A DNA stretch of 64,000 nucleotides, from contig NC_042998.1 in the NCBI RefSeq assembly GCF_006345805.1, forward strand, positions 83,390,001-83,454,000, written 5' to 3'. The notes below the pieces were generated by a model that made no database searches, was not told where the DNA came from, and was given only the letters and a program-made list of their open reading frames with translations. Below are positions 62,439 through 64,000 of the stretch, one piece after another; the first letter of the stretch is position 1, and every line of letters starts with the position of its first letter. A program made the translations under genes and the position numbers. The DNA is from Octopus sinensis (lineage: Eukaryota).

Positions 62439-62997
62439 GTTCTCTGCCAACGGTCCAAAGGCAGATATTTCATTCTTTAGTGCAAGATCTGCGTATGGCA
62501 AGCCAATTCACTATGTCAAACTAACTTTCCATACATACATAAGTACGTATGGACGTATGTACATATGTATGTACAGTGTTATGCAATGAGTTCTACCTTT
62601 CCTGTTTGCGTAACTAAATCTCACAAGCAGCCTTCAACTTTTTCTATCGAAAAGGTTTTTTAACCCAATATTATTTATAGCTTTTCTGCTTCGAGTTCAA
62701 CCGTTAAAAACGAAGTAAGTATGTATGTATGTATGTATGTATGTATGTATGTATGTATGTATGTATGTATGTATGTATGCATGTATTTAAGCATGTTTAT
62801 TGAAATATGTAGCAAGAGAAAAGAAAACGAGAGAGAAAGATCTTTCAAGAAAACATGGTACTAAGACAATAGAAGAGAATCTTCTGCAATTTGAACGTAT
62901 TAATATCAAGATACCACCAACATGGATGACATTAGCGGTAAATCAGACAATAAGACGAGGAAAGTCATTTGCAGTGAAAATTATCTCAGACGAATGC

Positions 62998-63052
<55 letters not shown>

Positions 63053-63179
63053 TATATTACAAGAAGAAAACACAAAAACACCTTAGCAATAAGAGAAAGT
63101 ATTTTACAGGAAAATCAAGTTACTGGAATAGTTGAACATAAAACAAGAAAACTGACTAGAAGAACACTGATTTACAGTA

Positions 63180-63229
<50 letters not shown>

Positions 63230-63475
63230 GTGAATTTATGGAACGTTATCCCTTAACATCTCTTCTCCATTTTTAACAAATTTGTTGAGTTTTATGGGAT
63301 ACCGTTCCATAAATTTACATAACACACCATATACAAGTATTATTTTCATGCTCGCAAATTTACGCCAGTAAGCTGCCAGCAAAATATGAAGAATCTTTAT
63401 GAGAAATCGTTTTTTGGAATCCTCCATATTAAAGGACGAAATATAATTCAACCTTTTCACACACACACACAGCTG

Positions 63476-63667
63476 GAATTTACAACAAAAACAAATAAAA
63501 CAAAAGACGAAGACGGGTGTGTAAACAACAAACAGATGTATTAGTTTAACGCTCGAGAAGTGAGAAAGTCTTTTACGTTTCGAGCCTACGCCCTTCAACA
63601 GAAAGGAACACAGAAATAAACAGAGAGAGAAAATAAAAGGTTTAGTGGCTAGCGATCAATCATGACA
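63476..63667 (-). mobile_element. Second copy of the ~190-bp hammerhead-like repeat
   Basis: Minus strand CUUU-CUGUUGA-A-GGGC[guag]GCUC-GAAA-CGUA-AAAG at 63570-63605. Confidence 0.6.
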
Positions 63668-64000
63668 TATATATATGGTATGCGGTAGTGGTGCTGTGGT
63701 GGATCTCCGTCACTCATCGAGGAGGATTCAATAAGGCTGTCGGTACTGTCAGGCCACGAATTTTCTGGAAAATATCCAAGGGCCCCGACAGTCCTCCGGG
63801 AACAGATCAGCCGTTTGATTTTCATTGACATCTTGAGTTTCCCTGAAAATGTCATCGCTTTTGCTTACCACTAATCCTCTATACTACGCCTTTGTGCAAC
63901 TTCTGCTTACTGCATTGCCAGGCTGAAAGAGAGCTGTAAGTGCTTGACGACATTACAGATGTCAAACGCCCGAACGCAGCTCGAATAATAATAGATTCAA

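Noticed and set aside
63649-63855. GC-richer 68-aa minus-strand ORF near the window end
   Set aside because: No recognisable domain, no convincing splice sites, and it runs into a repeat

Overview
AT-rich, repeat-dense eukaryotic DNA. The SINE/LINE/microsatellite landscape looks like an Octopus (coleoid cephalopod) genome; this is an inference. Two intron-containing genes were reconstructed by hand with in-phase GT-AG junctions, arranged head-to-head around a CpG-richer stretch at about 11.3-11.7 kb. NOL12 is on the minus strand (5 coding exons, 11300->496, 194 aa). F8A1/HAP40, huntingtin-associated protein 40, is on the plus strand (12 coding exons, 14598->41048, 315 aa). Almost all ORF-track entries are repeat or microsatellite artefacts. 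The rest is tRNA-derived SINEs, 5'-truncated RTE LINE copies (one with a PHD finger), R4/Dong, BovB-like RTE and CR1-like fragments, hAT/Tigger/piggyBac MITEs and a mariner relic. The most unusual signal is a repeat family joining a tRNA-like Pol III head, an (AAT)n spacer and a minimal hammerhead-ribozyme motif, twice arranged as head-to-head inverted dimers. Also notable are a second hammerhead-like family with a variant core and a perfect 118-bp-arm palindrome in the last HAP40 intron.
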